A stretch of 64,000 bases of DNA from a virus (lineage: Duplodnaviria; Heunggongvirae; Uroviricota; Caudoviricetes): the IMG/VR virus record IMGVR_UViG_3300001765_000263, positions 1-64,000 of that record; one strand, written 5' to 3'. Below the pieces are notes generated by a model. It saw only the letters and a list, made by a program, of their open reading frames with translations, did no database searches and was not told where the DNA came from. How positions within the stretch are numbered: position 1 is the first letter of the stretch; the number at the start of each line of letters is the position of its first letter. Positions 46,185 to 56,547 of this stretch are shown here, piece by piece. A program made the position numbers and the translations under genes.

Positions 46185-47888
46185 ATGACAACACCAATAG
46201 TAAATAAAAGCAGTACATTAGAAGAGTGGAGACAGATCACTAATCAAATATCAAATGGGATTGGTGATCTATCATCCATATACACCACAGATATTCCAAA
46301 CAATACAGGTGTTGAATATACAAATACCTCAGACACATATTCATATGTAAAACCACCCTTTCATGTAAATTTAATTCAGAATACGTTAAACAATCTGAAT
46401 GCTCGTAAGGTAAAAAGATCTGGCGACACAATCACAGGGCATCTAAACATCCTGCAAAATTTTAATGTTGTTGGTACTACTAAATTAGAAGGACCGTTAC
46501 AGGTAGTTCCTAGTGGAAGTGGCGCAATAGAATTAACTACTACAACTGGCAATATTGATATATCATCAACTGGTACAGGTGATATATCCATCAGTACAAC
46601 TGCTGCTGGTGGGGTTCTCTCATTATCATCTTTTGCTGCTGGCACAATCAACAATCTATCAATTGGTGTTACCACTCCATTAGCGGGTAGATTCACCACA
46701 TTAACCGTAGATACTAGTGCTGACATTACCCCTTCTGGAACAATAGTAATTAATCCAGGTACTGCTTTAGGGTCAGCAATCGATAACATGGAGATTGGGA
46801 CTACTACACCAGCAGCAGGGGCATTTACTGCATTAACAGTAACTCCTGTGACAGGATTTGCTGTAGAGATTGCACCATTCGATGCTGGTACAATTGACAA
46901 CATGGAGATTGGGACTACCATTGCTGCAGCAGGAACATTCACTGATTTGACAGTTACCACTAACTATACAATATCACCGTCTGCAACTGGCACTTTAGAC
47001 AATGTAACAATTGGTGCAACCACTGCTGCCGCAGGAACATTCACAAGCGTCACATCAGACAGCATCACTGCACGTACTACAGATAGTAATTTGACAATAT
47101 CTAGCAATGGAACTGGACTGATTGTTTTAGACGACCATGTACAAATTTCTGCATTATGCAATTTTGATCATTCTTTATCTACTGGCACGTTCAAGACTAG
47201 TTCTGGTGCAGTATCAATTAATGGATCAGTTACAGTTGCTTCACCAAAATCATTTATATGGGGTGCAAGTTCTTCAGTATCAACATCATCTGGAACATCA
47301 TCTGGAACAACTGCAACAGTTAACACATCAGGAAATCATAATCTAATTACTGGAGATTATGCAACAATTACGGGTGTAACTCCTGCTGGTTATAACGGTA
47401 CTTATCAAGTAACAAGAGTTGATAATGATACAATCACATATACTACTATAGGTTCTAGCATTGGGGCAATTTCAGTTCAGGGTACAGTTACAACTTCTGG
47501 AATTTTTGATATGAGCACTAGTTCTGGAACGTTCAAGACTAGCACTGGCACAGCAACCCTTAACGGATTCACATCATGTGCAGCATCATTTGGTCGTGGC
47601 ACACCTGTCACAAAAACTGCAGATTTCTCCGTAGGTACTGGTGAAAATTGGTTAATCAATAACAAATCTGGTTCAACATGTATAGTAACATTGCCAACAG
47701 CAAGTTCATTTACTGGTAGAGAAATAACCATTAAAACAATTCAAGCACAGACTGTTGTGTCAAATGCCAATAACGTAATTCCTATAATTGGTGGTTCTGC
47801 TGTTTCTGCTATTGTGGCAGCAACTTCAGGAAAGTGGGCAACTCTTGTATCTAATGGAACCAATTGGGAAATTATGGCACAAGGATAA
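46185..47888 (+). CDS. tail-fibre-like protein with four tandem repeats of about 37 aa
   Basis: RSGDTITGHLNI is a fibre-type motif. Repeats I(N/D)N(L/M)(S/E)IG(V/T)TTP(L/A)AG(R/A)FT(T/A)LTV occur four times. Thr/Ser/Gly-rich beta-rich composition. Confidence 0.55.
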   Translation: MTTPIVNKSSTLEEWRQITNQISNGIGDLSSIYTTDIPNNTGVEYTNTSDTYSYVKPPFHVNLIQNTLNNLNARKVKRSGDTITGHLNILQNFNVVGTTKLEGPLQVVPSGSGAIELTTTTGNIDISSTGTGDISISTTAAGGVLSLSSFAAGTINNLSIGVTTPLAGRFTTLTVDTSADITPSGTIVINPGTALGSAIDNMEIGTTTPAAGAFTALTVTPVTGFAVEIAPFDAGTIDNMEIGTTIAAAGTFTDLTVTTNYTISPSATGTLDNVTIGATTAAAGTFTSVTSDSITARTTDSNLTISSNGTGLIVLDDHVQISALCNFDHSLSTGTFKTSSGAVSINGSVTVASPKSFIWGASSSVSTSSGTSSGTTATVNTSGNHNLITGDYATITGVTPAGYNGTYQVTRVDNDTITYTTIGSSIGAISVQGTVTTSGIFDMSTSSGTFKTSTGTATLNGFTSCAASFGRGTPVTKTADFSVGTGENWLINNKSGSTCIVTLPTASSFTGREITIKTIQAQTVVSNANNVIPIIGGSAVSAIVAATSGKWATLVSNGTNWEIMAQG

Positions 47889-47894
47889 TTTGTC

Positions 47895-50800
47895 GTGACT
47901 TGGAAAGTTAATGGTGTTGATATTGATGATGTCTTCTTAACTGAAGATGAAATCTCTACGATGAAATTTAATTATGTTAATGGGACATTTGTAACTAATG
48001 TAGATTATAGCCAGCCAGTAGTAATAGGCACATCGAATACTTTTAAATCTGCTAAATCTGACAAAACCTCTACATCATGTATAGCAGATGGAAATACATT
48101 AAATATAGTTTCATCAAATTATAACGACACTATATTTTCCAACGTCAATATAACACCAAATAATATATTTTTTTATAGTAGAGCAAAAAAAAGTTCTTTT
48201 TATTCATATTATAGACGTTCCCATGTATATTCTTTAGGTTTAAATCAGTATGGACAATTGGGGCATGGCGACACTATATCTAGATCATCTCCAACACAGG
48301 TTGGGGCATCAAGTGATTGGAATCAAATTGTTGGTGATATAACAACATATGGTATTAAAGAAAACGGCACGTTGTGGTCATGGGGAAAAAATACCTATGG
48401 ACAATTAGGTCATGGTGATAATATTCATAGATCATCACCAACACAAGTCGGCACGTTGAGTGATTGGAATTATGTTAATTTACAGTTAGAATCTTCATTT
48501 TTTATTAAAAATGGCACACTATGGGCATGCGGGTATAACACCTATGGACAATTAGGTCATAGTGACAATATTCATAAGTCAATTCCAACACAGGTTGGTG
48601 GTCATATTTATTGGGAAAAAGTTTTCTGTGGAGAAAATAGTTCAATCGGAAAATTAAAAGATGGCAGTATATGGTCTTGGGGCAATAATAAATATGGGAA
48701 ATTGGGGTTAGGTAATAAGATTCATAGATCATCACCTGTTCAAGTTGGGAATGAAAAAAATTGGAATGTTATTAGTTGCAATTATAATAATACAATGGCA
48801 ACTAAAAACAATGGAACATTGTGGGCATGGGGAGATAATACCCAAGGACAGTTTGGGCAAGGTGACACAATTCATAGATCATCACCAACACAAGTTGGGA
48901 CATCAAGTGATTGGAGTACTGTATCGTGTGGAAATGCACATTTTGCAGCAATTAAAAATAATGGCACATTATGGGGTTGTGGCGACAATAGATCAAACCA
49001 ACTTGGTATTGCTAATACCGAAAGATATTCATCACCAATACAAATTGGTTCATTGAGTAATTGGAAAGCATTAAACTGTGGATATAATCTATCATTATAT
49101 ACAGATAACGATACTACTTATTTTAGTGGAAATAATCAAAACATAATCAGTGTTACTGGAACACTTAAAGATGTAAATTATAATTACTCTAGTGATAAGA
49201 TTAATGGAAAAATACACTCTAATGGTATTATAACACCTAGTGGCAAATTATATTGTTTTGGTTATGGTGGTGGTATTGGAAATATGTACGATACCACGTC
49301 TTCTAGTCCATATATAAAAGAGTATGGTCAGGGAAATTTTGATTCATTTCACGACAATAAAAGATATTTAACTGCAAAAGATAATAATGGTGGACTGTGG
49401 GTTTCCCAATTTTATCAAGTTCAGGATTATGTTGTTGGACCTAGAACATTTCAAGACGTTAATATAAATGACTCTATAATTACCAGTGTTAATAGTGAAG
49501 CTGACCAGGTTTTTTCTTATGTGAAATCTGATGGCACATTGTGGACTGCAGGGACAAATGGATATGGTGAATTAGGAATAGGTCAATATATACTACATAG
49601 ATCTTCCCCAACACAAGTTGGATCATTAAGTGATTGGAGTTATACCAGTACAGGAAGAAATACATTATTTGCTATTAAAACTAATGGCACATTATGGTCA
49701 TGTGGATATAATTATAATGGGCAATTGGGGGTATTTGAAACAAGCAACAGATCGTCCCCATGTCAGGTAGGATCATTAAGCAATTGGAAAACGTGTAAAT
49801 CTTCTCAGAATTCTGTGTGGCTAACGACAAATAATAATGAACTATTTGTTTTTGGTAGCAATCAAGATGGATTACTTGGAATAGGAAAAACAAATGATTA
49901 TAGTGTAGTTTCTTCACCAGTACAAGTTGGATCTTCAATATCCACGTATAATAGTGGAGGAATTTTGGCATCTTATATTAAATCAACAGACTCGACAGTA
50001 TGGGCATGGGGAGATACATCGAAATTAATTCCAGGCACATCTACTGGTCAATTATCACCGATATTGATTGGATCTTATTCTAAGATAATGCATAGTAGTT
50101 CAACAACAGATACATGGTTAATTAAATCTGATGGCACATTGTGGGCATGTGGTGGTAATACATCTGGTGTGTCTGGGTTAGGTGATACTATAACTAGGTC
50201 GTCACCTACACAAGTAGGAACATTGAGTGATTGGGGTAGCAGCACTTTTCCTAGATCCATGAATTATTGTATTTTATGTATAAAATCAAACGGTACATTA
50301 TGGGCATGGGGAGATAATTATAATGGGGCATTGGGACTTGGTGACACTATATCTAGATCATCGCCAACACAAGTTGGATCATTAAGTGATTGGAGTAAAG
50401 TTGCCTCACAAGAGAATGCTACATTATTGGTAAAAACAAATGGCACATTATGGGCATGCGGGTATAACCAATATGGGGTATTGGGATTAGGAAACACTAT
50501 TAATAGGTCGTCCCCAGTTCAAGTTGGGGCATTAAGTGATTGGAGTAAGGTGTTTGTTGATTATCATACCTTATCTTTTGCTATTAAGACCAACGGTACA
50601 TTATGGGCATGTGGATATAATTATAATGGGCAATTGGGGTTAGGTAACAAGATTCATAGATCATCACCTGTTCAAGTAGGTTCATTAAGTGATTGGAAAG
50701 ACGCAATAGGTAATTATTCAGCATCAGCATTTATAAAGACGGATGGTACATTATGGGGTTGTGGTTATGGTGGACAAGGATTAATAGGTAACGGCAGTAC

Positions 50801-53369
50801 AATACACAGATCATCACCAGTACAAGTTGGATCATTAAGTAATTGGAATAACATTTATGGTCAAACTGCAGGAAGTATATACTTTATGGCAACAAAATCA
50901 GATAACACTTTATGGTTAACAGGTGGTGTTGGGTCTTCAGCAACGTGTACATTGGCACGTTTTGCAGGAAGTATATTTTTGTATTCTCCTGTTCAAGTTG
51001 GGGCATTAAGTGATTGGGATAAAGTCTCTGGTGGCTTTCACACAATGCTTGCTATTAAAACTAATGGCACATTATGGTCATGTGGATATAATAATTATGG
51101 ACAGTTAGGCTTAGACGACGAGATTCATAGATCATCACCAGTACAGGTTGGGACGTCAAGTGATTGGAATTTAGCAAACGCGGGAACATACAGTTCAGCA
51201 GCAATCAAAACCGATGGAACATTGTGGACATGTGGAAGAAACATAGAAGGAGAACTTGGGATTGGATTAGTTCCAAACGTTACGGTTATGTCGTCACCAG
51301 TTCAAGTAGGTACGTCAAGCGATTGGGGAAGTTTTGGTATTAATGGACTGTCAGATAATGGGGGGTTGAGTGCAATAAAATCGAATGGCACTTTATGGGT
51401 AATGGGGTGGAATGTATATGGACAATTGGGTTTAGGCGACATTATTGATAGATCATCACCAGTTCAAGTCGGTACATTGAGTGATTGGAGTAAAATAGCT
51501 ACTACTACTTATAACTTTGCAGCAATTAAAACAACAGGCACATTATGGGCATGCGGGTACAATCCTAAAGGGCAACTAGGGACTAGTAACAAAATACACA
51601 GATCATCACCAGTGCAGGTTGGATCATTAAGTGATTGGAGTACGCTATCTATACATGGTGAATCGTCGTTTTTTATTAAGACTACTGGCACATTGTGGGC
51701 ATGCGGGTATAACCCATATGGGGTATTGGGACATGGAAATACTACTCATAGATCATCACCAGTCCAAGTCGGTACATTGAGTACTTGGACAAGTGTTATA
51801 AACACTACTGGAAGTTCAGTATATGCTATTGGTGGAAATAAACTATATTGTTGGGGGTCAAACAGTGGCGAACTTTGTCTTCCAGATAATATTGATAGAT
51901 CATCACCTGTTCAAGTGGGGTCATTAAGTGATTGGAGTAAATTAGTTGGGCATGGGGCAATCAAAACGGATGGTACATTATGGGGTTGGAGAGATAATAC
52001 TTATGGACAATTGATGACAGGCGACTATGAGAATAAATCATCTCCTGTTCAAATAGGATCATTAAGCGATTGGAGTAAAGCAGTAATTAGGAATGACAAT
52101 ATTATTGGGGTTAAGACTAATGGCACATTGTGGACATGTGGACATAACTTATATGGGCAATTAGGACTTGGTGACACCATTCATAGATCATCTCCTGTAC
52201 AAATTGGATCATTGAGTACTTGGGAAAATATAGAGTCTGGTTGGGGTGCTTATAAAACTGTGGTGGCAAGTAAGACAGATAATACAATATGGACATTTGG
52301 AACTATGCCTGTATTTATGATAATATATGGAAATAAAAGAGACACATTTACCAAAGTTGGGACATTAAGTAATTGGACTGACGCAAAAGTAACTAATGGT
52401 CATTTTTATGGGATAAATGCTGGTAGGTTATTTGTATGTGGGTCAAATTACTATAGTCAATTAGGAACATATTATATCGGTAATATTTCGTCACCAGTAC
52501 AAATTGGATCATTAAGTAATTGGAGTGCATTAGATATTTCTCAAAATGCTGACATTGCAATTGCTAAAAACACAGCAAATAGTTTATATATTAAAACACC
52601 ATTAAATTCAGTAACATTAAATGGTATGCAAAGACCATTTATTAAACATTATGATATAGGAACTACAATCGATAGTATAGTTGGAACTGTTGACATGGTT
52701 GGTTATATTAGTGGAGGCAAACTTTTTACGTATGGCGAAAACTTGCAGGGGTCATTAGGAAATGGCAATACAAATCGTAGGTCATCACCTGTTCAAGTTG
52801 GATCATTAAGTGATTGGAGCAAACTCGACGGGAATAATACTTGCTTACTTGCTATTAAAACAGATGGCACATTATGGGGATGGGGAGGAAATGTCCATGG
52901 AATGCTTGGTATTGGTGTTACAAGTTGGAGGTCGTCACCAACTCAAGTTGGATCATTGAGCGATTGGAGTAAAATTTCTTGTGGTTATTATGGAACTCAT
53001 GCTATTAAAACAGATGGCACATTATGGGGATGGGGAAATAATGGATTTGGTAAATTGGGTTTAGGCGACACCACTTATAGATCATCGCCAGTGCAGGTTG
53101 GGGCATTAAGTGATTGGAGTAAAATTTCTTTTGGTTACAATTGTACATCTGCAATCAAAACAAATGGAACACTATGGATCTCTGGTATTCTACCTATGTC
53201 GGACGAACTAATTTATGTATCATCTCCAACACAAATTGGAACAATGTCAAATTGGGAAGATGTTTCTTGTAATATTAATTTAGTGGCAAGCAACACAGAC
53301 GGTGAGATTTTTGTTGCTGGTCAAAATTCTGGAGTTTTTAGTTTGAGTGGACCATATGGATATTACTAA
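47895..53369 (+). CDS. giant RCC1-like beta-propeller repeat protein (1824 aa; about 30 blades by eye)
   Basis: GTG start with AAGGA 9 nt upstream and no in-frame ATG nearby. Continuous blades with the consensus GTLWxWGxNxYGQLGLGDTIHRSSPxQVGxLSDWSKV. Confidence 0.65.
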   Translation: MTWKVNGVDIDDVFLTEDEISTMKFNYVNGTFVTNVDYSQPVVIGTSNTFKSAKSDKTSTSCIADGNTLNIVSSNYNDTIFSNVNITPNNIFFYSRAKKSSFYSYYRRSHVYSLGLNQYGQLGHGDTISRSSPTQVGASSDWNQIVGDITTYGIKENGTLWSWGKNTYGQLGHGDNIHRSSPTQVGTLSDWNYVNLQLESSFFIKNGTLWACGYNTYGQLGHSDNIHKSIPTQVGGHIYWEKVFCGENSSIGKLKDGSIWSWGNNKYGKLGLGNKIHRSSPVQVGNEKNWNVISCNYNNTMATKNNGTLWAWGDNTQGQFGQGDTIHRSSPTQVGTSSDWSTVSCGNAHFAAIKNNGTLWGCGDNRSNQLGIANTERYSSPIQIGSLSNWKALNCGYNLSLYTDNDTTYFSGNNQNIISVTGTLKDVNYNYSSDKINGKIHSNGIITPSGKLYCFGYGGGIGNMYDTTSSSPYIKEYGQGNFDSFHDNKRYLTAKDNNGGLWVSQFYQVQDYVVGPRTFQDVNINDSIITSVNSEADQVFSYVKSDGTLWTAGTNGYGELGIGQYILHRSSPTQVGSLSDWSYTSTGRNTLFAIKTNGTLWSCGYNYNGQLGVFETSNRSSPCQVGSLSNWKTCKSSQNSVWLTTNNNELFVFGSNQDGLLGIGKTNDYSVVSSPVQVGSSISTYNSGGILASYIKSTDSTVWAWGDTSKLIPGTSTGQLSPILIGSYSKIMHSSSTTDTWLIKSDGTLWACGGNTSGVSGLGDTITRSSPTQVGTLSDWGSSTFPRSMNYCILCIKSNGTLWAWGDNYNGALGLGDTISRSSPTQVGSLSDWSKVASQENATLLVKTNGTLWACGYNQYGVLGLGNTINRSSPVQVGALSDWSKVFVDYHTLSFAIKTNGTLWACGYNYNGQLGLGNKIHRSSPVQVGSLSDWKDAIGNYSASAFIKTDGTLWGCGYGGQGLIGNGSTIHRSSPVQVGSLSNWNNIYGQTAGSIYFMATKSDNTLWLTGGVGSSATCTLARFAGSIFLYSPVQVGALSDWDKVSGGFHTMLAIKTNGTLWSCGYNNYGQLGLDDEIHRSSPVQVGTSSDWNLANAGTYSSAAIKTDGTLWTCGRNIEGELGIGLVPNVTVMSSPVQVGTSSDWGSFGINGLSDNGGLSAIKSNGTLWVMGWNVYGQLGLGDIIDRSSPVQVGTLSDWSKIATTTYNFAAIKTTGTLWACGYNPKGQLGTSNKIHRSSPVQVGSLSDWSTLSIHGESSFFIKTTGTLWACGYNPYGVLGHGNTTHRSSPVQVGTLSTWTSVINTTGSSVYAIGGNKLYCWGSNSGELCLPDNIDRSSPVQVGSLSDWSKLVGHGAIKTDGTLWGWRDNTYGQLMTGDYENKSSPVQIGSLSDWSKAVIRNDNIIGVKTNGTLWTCGHNLYGQLGLGDTIHRSSPVQIGSLSTWENIESGWGAYKTVVASKTDNTIWTFGTMPVFMIIYGNKRDTFTKVGTLSNWTDAKVTNGHFYGINAGRLFVCGSNYYSQLGTYYIGNISSPVQIGSLSNWSALDISQNADIAIAKNTANSLYIKTPLNSVTLNGMQRPFIKHYDIGTTIDSIVGTVDMVGYISGGKLFTYGENLQGSLGNGNTNRRSSPVQVGSLSDWSKLDGNNTCLLAIKTDGTLWGWGGNVHGMLGIGVTSWRSSPTQVGSLSDWSKISCGYYGTHAIKTDGTLWGWGNNGFGKLGLGDTTYRSSPVQVGALSDWSKISFGYNCTSAIKTNGTLWISGILPMSDELIYVSSPTQIGTMSNWEDVSCNINLVASNTDGEIFVAGQNSGVFSLSGPYGYY

Positions 53370-55167
53370 AATTATTATACATAACAGTCAAATTTATGCA
53401 ATTGATTCGATAGGAAAAAACTTATGGGTTTTTAATGCCAATAACATACGATATCAATGGGTATTATTAGACGATGATAATTGGCAAGACATAACAAATG
53501 GAGATTCTCATTTTATTGGACTTAAACAAAATGGCACACTATGGGGATTTGGCGAAAATAATTATGGTCAATTAGGATTAGGACACACTAATAAGATTGA
53601 AAACTTAACAATGCTGTCATCTGCACCAATAACAACAAAATGGAGTAGGGTATCATGTGGAGGAAATTCAACATGTTTAATAGATACTCAAGGGAATGGA
53701 TATGTATGTGGTGAAAACAAGTATGGACAATTTGGAACTGATAATTTTGTAAATCTTTCTACACCAACACAAATTGGTTCTTATAAAATGCAATATGCTT
53801 CTATAAGTAATAGAAATTTAATTTTTATTGATGACAACAACACATTATATGGGTCTGGAAATTATTGGGGGTTAGGTGCTTCTCCAGCAAGTGCTATTAC
53901 ATCAATAAGTTCTCCAGTTCAAATGCAGTCATGTATGGGAATTTCTCAAATTTCCAATGGTGTAAATGGCAATATGTACTATAACATGAATGCAATTGTT
54001 GATCATAGAATTTTATCATGGGGTACTTATCCGCAATTTTTTAATACTGAATATAGTTATAATGAAACAATTGATTATCAAAATGGTTCAGATTGGGATT
54101 ATGTTTCTTCTGTGGGGAATGGAGCATTAGCAGTAAAAACGAATGGTACATTATGGGGGTGTGGGTTTAATGATTGGGGGCAATTGGGAACAGGAGATGC
54201 AACTACAAGAAACTTAATGACTCAAATTGGATTATTAAGCGATTGGACACAAATTTCTGGTGAGTATAAAAATGCTGGTGCTGTAAAATCTAATGGTACA
54301 TTATGGGTATGGGGAAATAATGCTAACGGACAATTAGGACTTGGTGATATTAGAAATAGATCATCTCCAACTCAAGTCGGTACATCGAGTGATTGGTCTT
54401 CATTAACATTTGGTGTTAGAACAACAGCATATATAAAAAATGATAACACATTATGGATGTGTGGATATAATACCACTGGAGAATTGGGGTTAAGTGATAT
54501 TATCTATAGATCATCTCCTGTACAAGTAGGTGGGTTAAGTGATTGGAGTAAGATTAGGTGTGGATATTTTCATTCTGTTTCTATAAAAACTGACAACACA
54601 TTATGGTCATGGGGGTATTGTTATTATGGACAATTGGGAGTTAGTAACAATGCTAATAGATCGTCACCTGTTCAAGTTGGAGCATTGAGTGATTGGAGTA
54701 AGGTTGCTTGTGGTTCTTATCACACTATTGCAATTAAAACAAATAATACATTATGGTCATGGGGTCAAAATACCTATGGCCAATCAGGTCTTGGTAATGT
54801 TGTTCATAGATCATCTCCAACTCAAGTTGGCACATTGAGTGATTGGAGTGATATTGCTGGCGGCGACAGATGTTCTTTTTTTCTTAAAAATACTGGTGAT
54901 TTATGGGCATCAGGAACAAATACAGCAGGAGTTCTTTCAAATACAGTTTCTACTAACACATTTATAGAACTCAAAAAGAATGTTAAGCATGCTGAAACTG
55001 CCAATGGAAATACAATGCACTATACATATGACGATGAGTTGTTTTTTTGTGGGAATAATGTATATACTGTTGTTGGTTCAAAATCTTTAGTTCCAGTATC
55101 AAGAGGAATTTTAAGGAATTTGGAATTTGAATTAACTCCAACCCTAGCTGTACAGAAACGATTATGA
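53356..55167 (+). CDS. RCC1-like repeat protein
   Basis: ATG at 53356 (the track's GTG at 53347 is also possible). Overlaps the end of the preceding gene. Blades throughout. Confidence 0.6.
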   Translation: MDITKIIIHNSQIYAIDSIGKNLWVFNANNIRYQWVLLDDDNWQDITNGDSHFIGLKQNGTLWGFGENNYGQLGLGHTNKIENLTMLSSAPITTKWSRVSCGGNSTCLIDTQGNGYVCGENKYGQFGTDNFVNLSTPTQIGSYKMQYASISNRNLIFIDDNNTLYGSGNYWGLGASPASAITSISSPVQMQSCMGISQISNGVNGNMYYNMNAIVDHRILSWGTYPQFFNTEYSYNETIDYQNGSDWDYVSSVGNGALAVKTNGTLWGCGFNDWGQLGTGDATTRNLMTQIGLLSDWTQISGEYKNAGAVKSNGTLWVWGNNANGQLGLGDIRNRSSPTQVGTSSDWSSLTFGVRTTAYIKNDNTLWMCGYNTTGELGLSDIIYRSSPVQVGGLSDWSKIRCGYFHSVSIKTDNTLWSWGYCYYGQLGVSNNANRSSPVQVGALSDWSKVACGSYHTIAIKTNNTLWSWGQNTYGQSGLGNVVHRSSPTQVGTLSDWSDIAGGDRCSFFLKNTGDLWASGTNTAGVLSNTVSTNTFIELKKNVKHAETANGNTMHYTYDDELFFCGNNVYTVVGSKSLVPVSRGILRNLEFELTPTLAVQKRL

Positions 55168-56546
55168 CATATAAAGACAAATATAAAAAAATAACAAAAA
55201 ATTTAGCTCCATATAATTATCAAGCAAATGATTATGCATTTTTGAATAGTGTCGGAAGAAAAAATGTTTTGTTTGGTAGAAATCTTAATACCATGAACGT
55301 TTTTCATCCTAACAGGTCTGGTTCTAACAGTAAAACTTTTGTTAGTTCTATTTTAGAAATAACAGACATTGATGACATGGATATAATAGAAGTTACTAAT
55401 TCTGCAGTATATTTTTCTTATAATGGGGATACTTACATATCCTCATTAACTAGCGATTTAGTATATACATCTTTTTTTACAACTAAAGAAGAAAATTTAA
55501 TAAAACATCACTTTCCTGTAAAGTTGGTTGCAATTGGTGTTTACGATGGGATATTGTTAGATGTAAATGATAGATTATTTTATAATACATCTCCCTCAAC
55601 ATTTAATAGATTGATACAACATAAAAGCAGTCTCAACACGTTTTCTATACATGAAGAGATTACCTATGTCACAGCAAATACAGTTGTAAATAACCTTGGA
55701 TTTATAAAATCTGGAACATTATGGACATGCGGATATAATCTCTACGGACAACTAGGGTTGGGGGATATTGTTGGAAGATCATCTTTTGTACAAGTTGGTA
55801 CTTTAAGTGATTGGAAAACTGTCAACATTGAATCCCATCATTCAATGGGGACAAAGACTAATGGTACATTGTGGACATGGGGATATAACACCAATGGAGA
55901 ATTGGGATTAGGCGACAAAATTCATAGATCATCACCAGTTCAAGTTGGAGCATTGAGTGATTGGAGTAATGTGTCTAGCGGTGGTAATTTTAAAGCAGGA
56001 ATAAAAACTACTGGTACATTGTGGGCATGGGGAAGAAATGATTATGGACAACTAGGATTAGGTAATCTTATTAGTAGATCATCTCCAACTCAAGTTGGAA
56101 CATTGAGTGATTGGAGTACATGTGCGATTTCTGACGCAAGGCTTTTATCTGTTAAAACCAACGGTACATTATGGGCATGCGGGTATAATGTATATGGGTG
56201 TTTAGGATTAGGCGACACTATATCTAGATCGTCACCAGTTCAAGTTGGATCATTAAGTGATTGGAGTAAGGTTGATTGTGCAGACGGAAGTTTTACTGCA
56301 CAAAGAACGAATGGCACATTATGGTCTTGTGGAAAGAACGATGTTGCTCAATTAGGTCATGGTGATACTATTCATAGATCATCTCCAACTCAAGTAGGCA
56401 CATTGAGTGATTGGAGTATATTTACTATGGGGAAGACCTGTTTAGCTGCGGTAAAAACAGATGGTACTTTATATGTATCACGGAATTTTAAATGTTTAGA
56501 AGTAGACGAATATCTTTTACCTTTTAAAAGAAAAATGGATTATTAA
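55164..56546 (+). CDS. RCC1-like repeat protein (460 aa)
   Basis: ATG overlaps the upstream TGA (ATGA). The first about 180 aa are unique, followed by blades. Confidence 0.6.
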   Translation: MTYKDKYKKITKNLAPYNYQANDYAFLNSVGRKNVLFGRNLNTMNVFHPNRSGSNSKTFVSSILEITDIDDMDIIEVTNSAVYFSYNGDTYISSLTSDLVYTSFFTTKEENLIKHHFPVKLVAIGVYDGILLDVNDRLFYNTSPSTFNRLIQHKSSLNTFSIHEEITYVTANTVVNNLGFIKSGTLWTCGYNLYGQLGLGDIVGRSSFVQVGTLSDWKTVNIESHHSMGTKTNGTLWTWGYNTNGELGLGDKIHRSSPVQVGALSDWSNVSSGGNFKAGIKTTGTLWAWGRNDYGQLGLGNLISRSSPTQVGTLSDWSTCAISDARLLSVKTNGTLWACGYNVYGCLGLGDTISRSSPVQVGSLSDWSKVDCADGSFTAQRTNGTLWSCGKNDVAQLGHGDTIHRSSPTQVGTLSDWSIFTMGKTCLAAVKTDGTLYVSRNFKCLEVDEYLLPFKRKMDY

Positions 56547-56547
56547 A

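Noticed and set aside
46376-47161. Minus-strand ORFs (46376-46960, 46964-47161) inside the tail-fibre gene
   Set aside because: They are antisense artefacts of the Ala/Thr/Gly-rich tandem repeats. The plus-strand frame carries the conserved fibre motif, an RBS and a promoter box.
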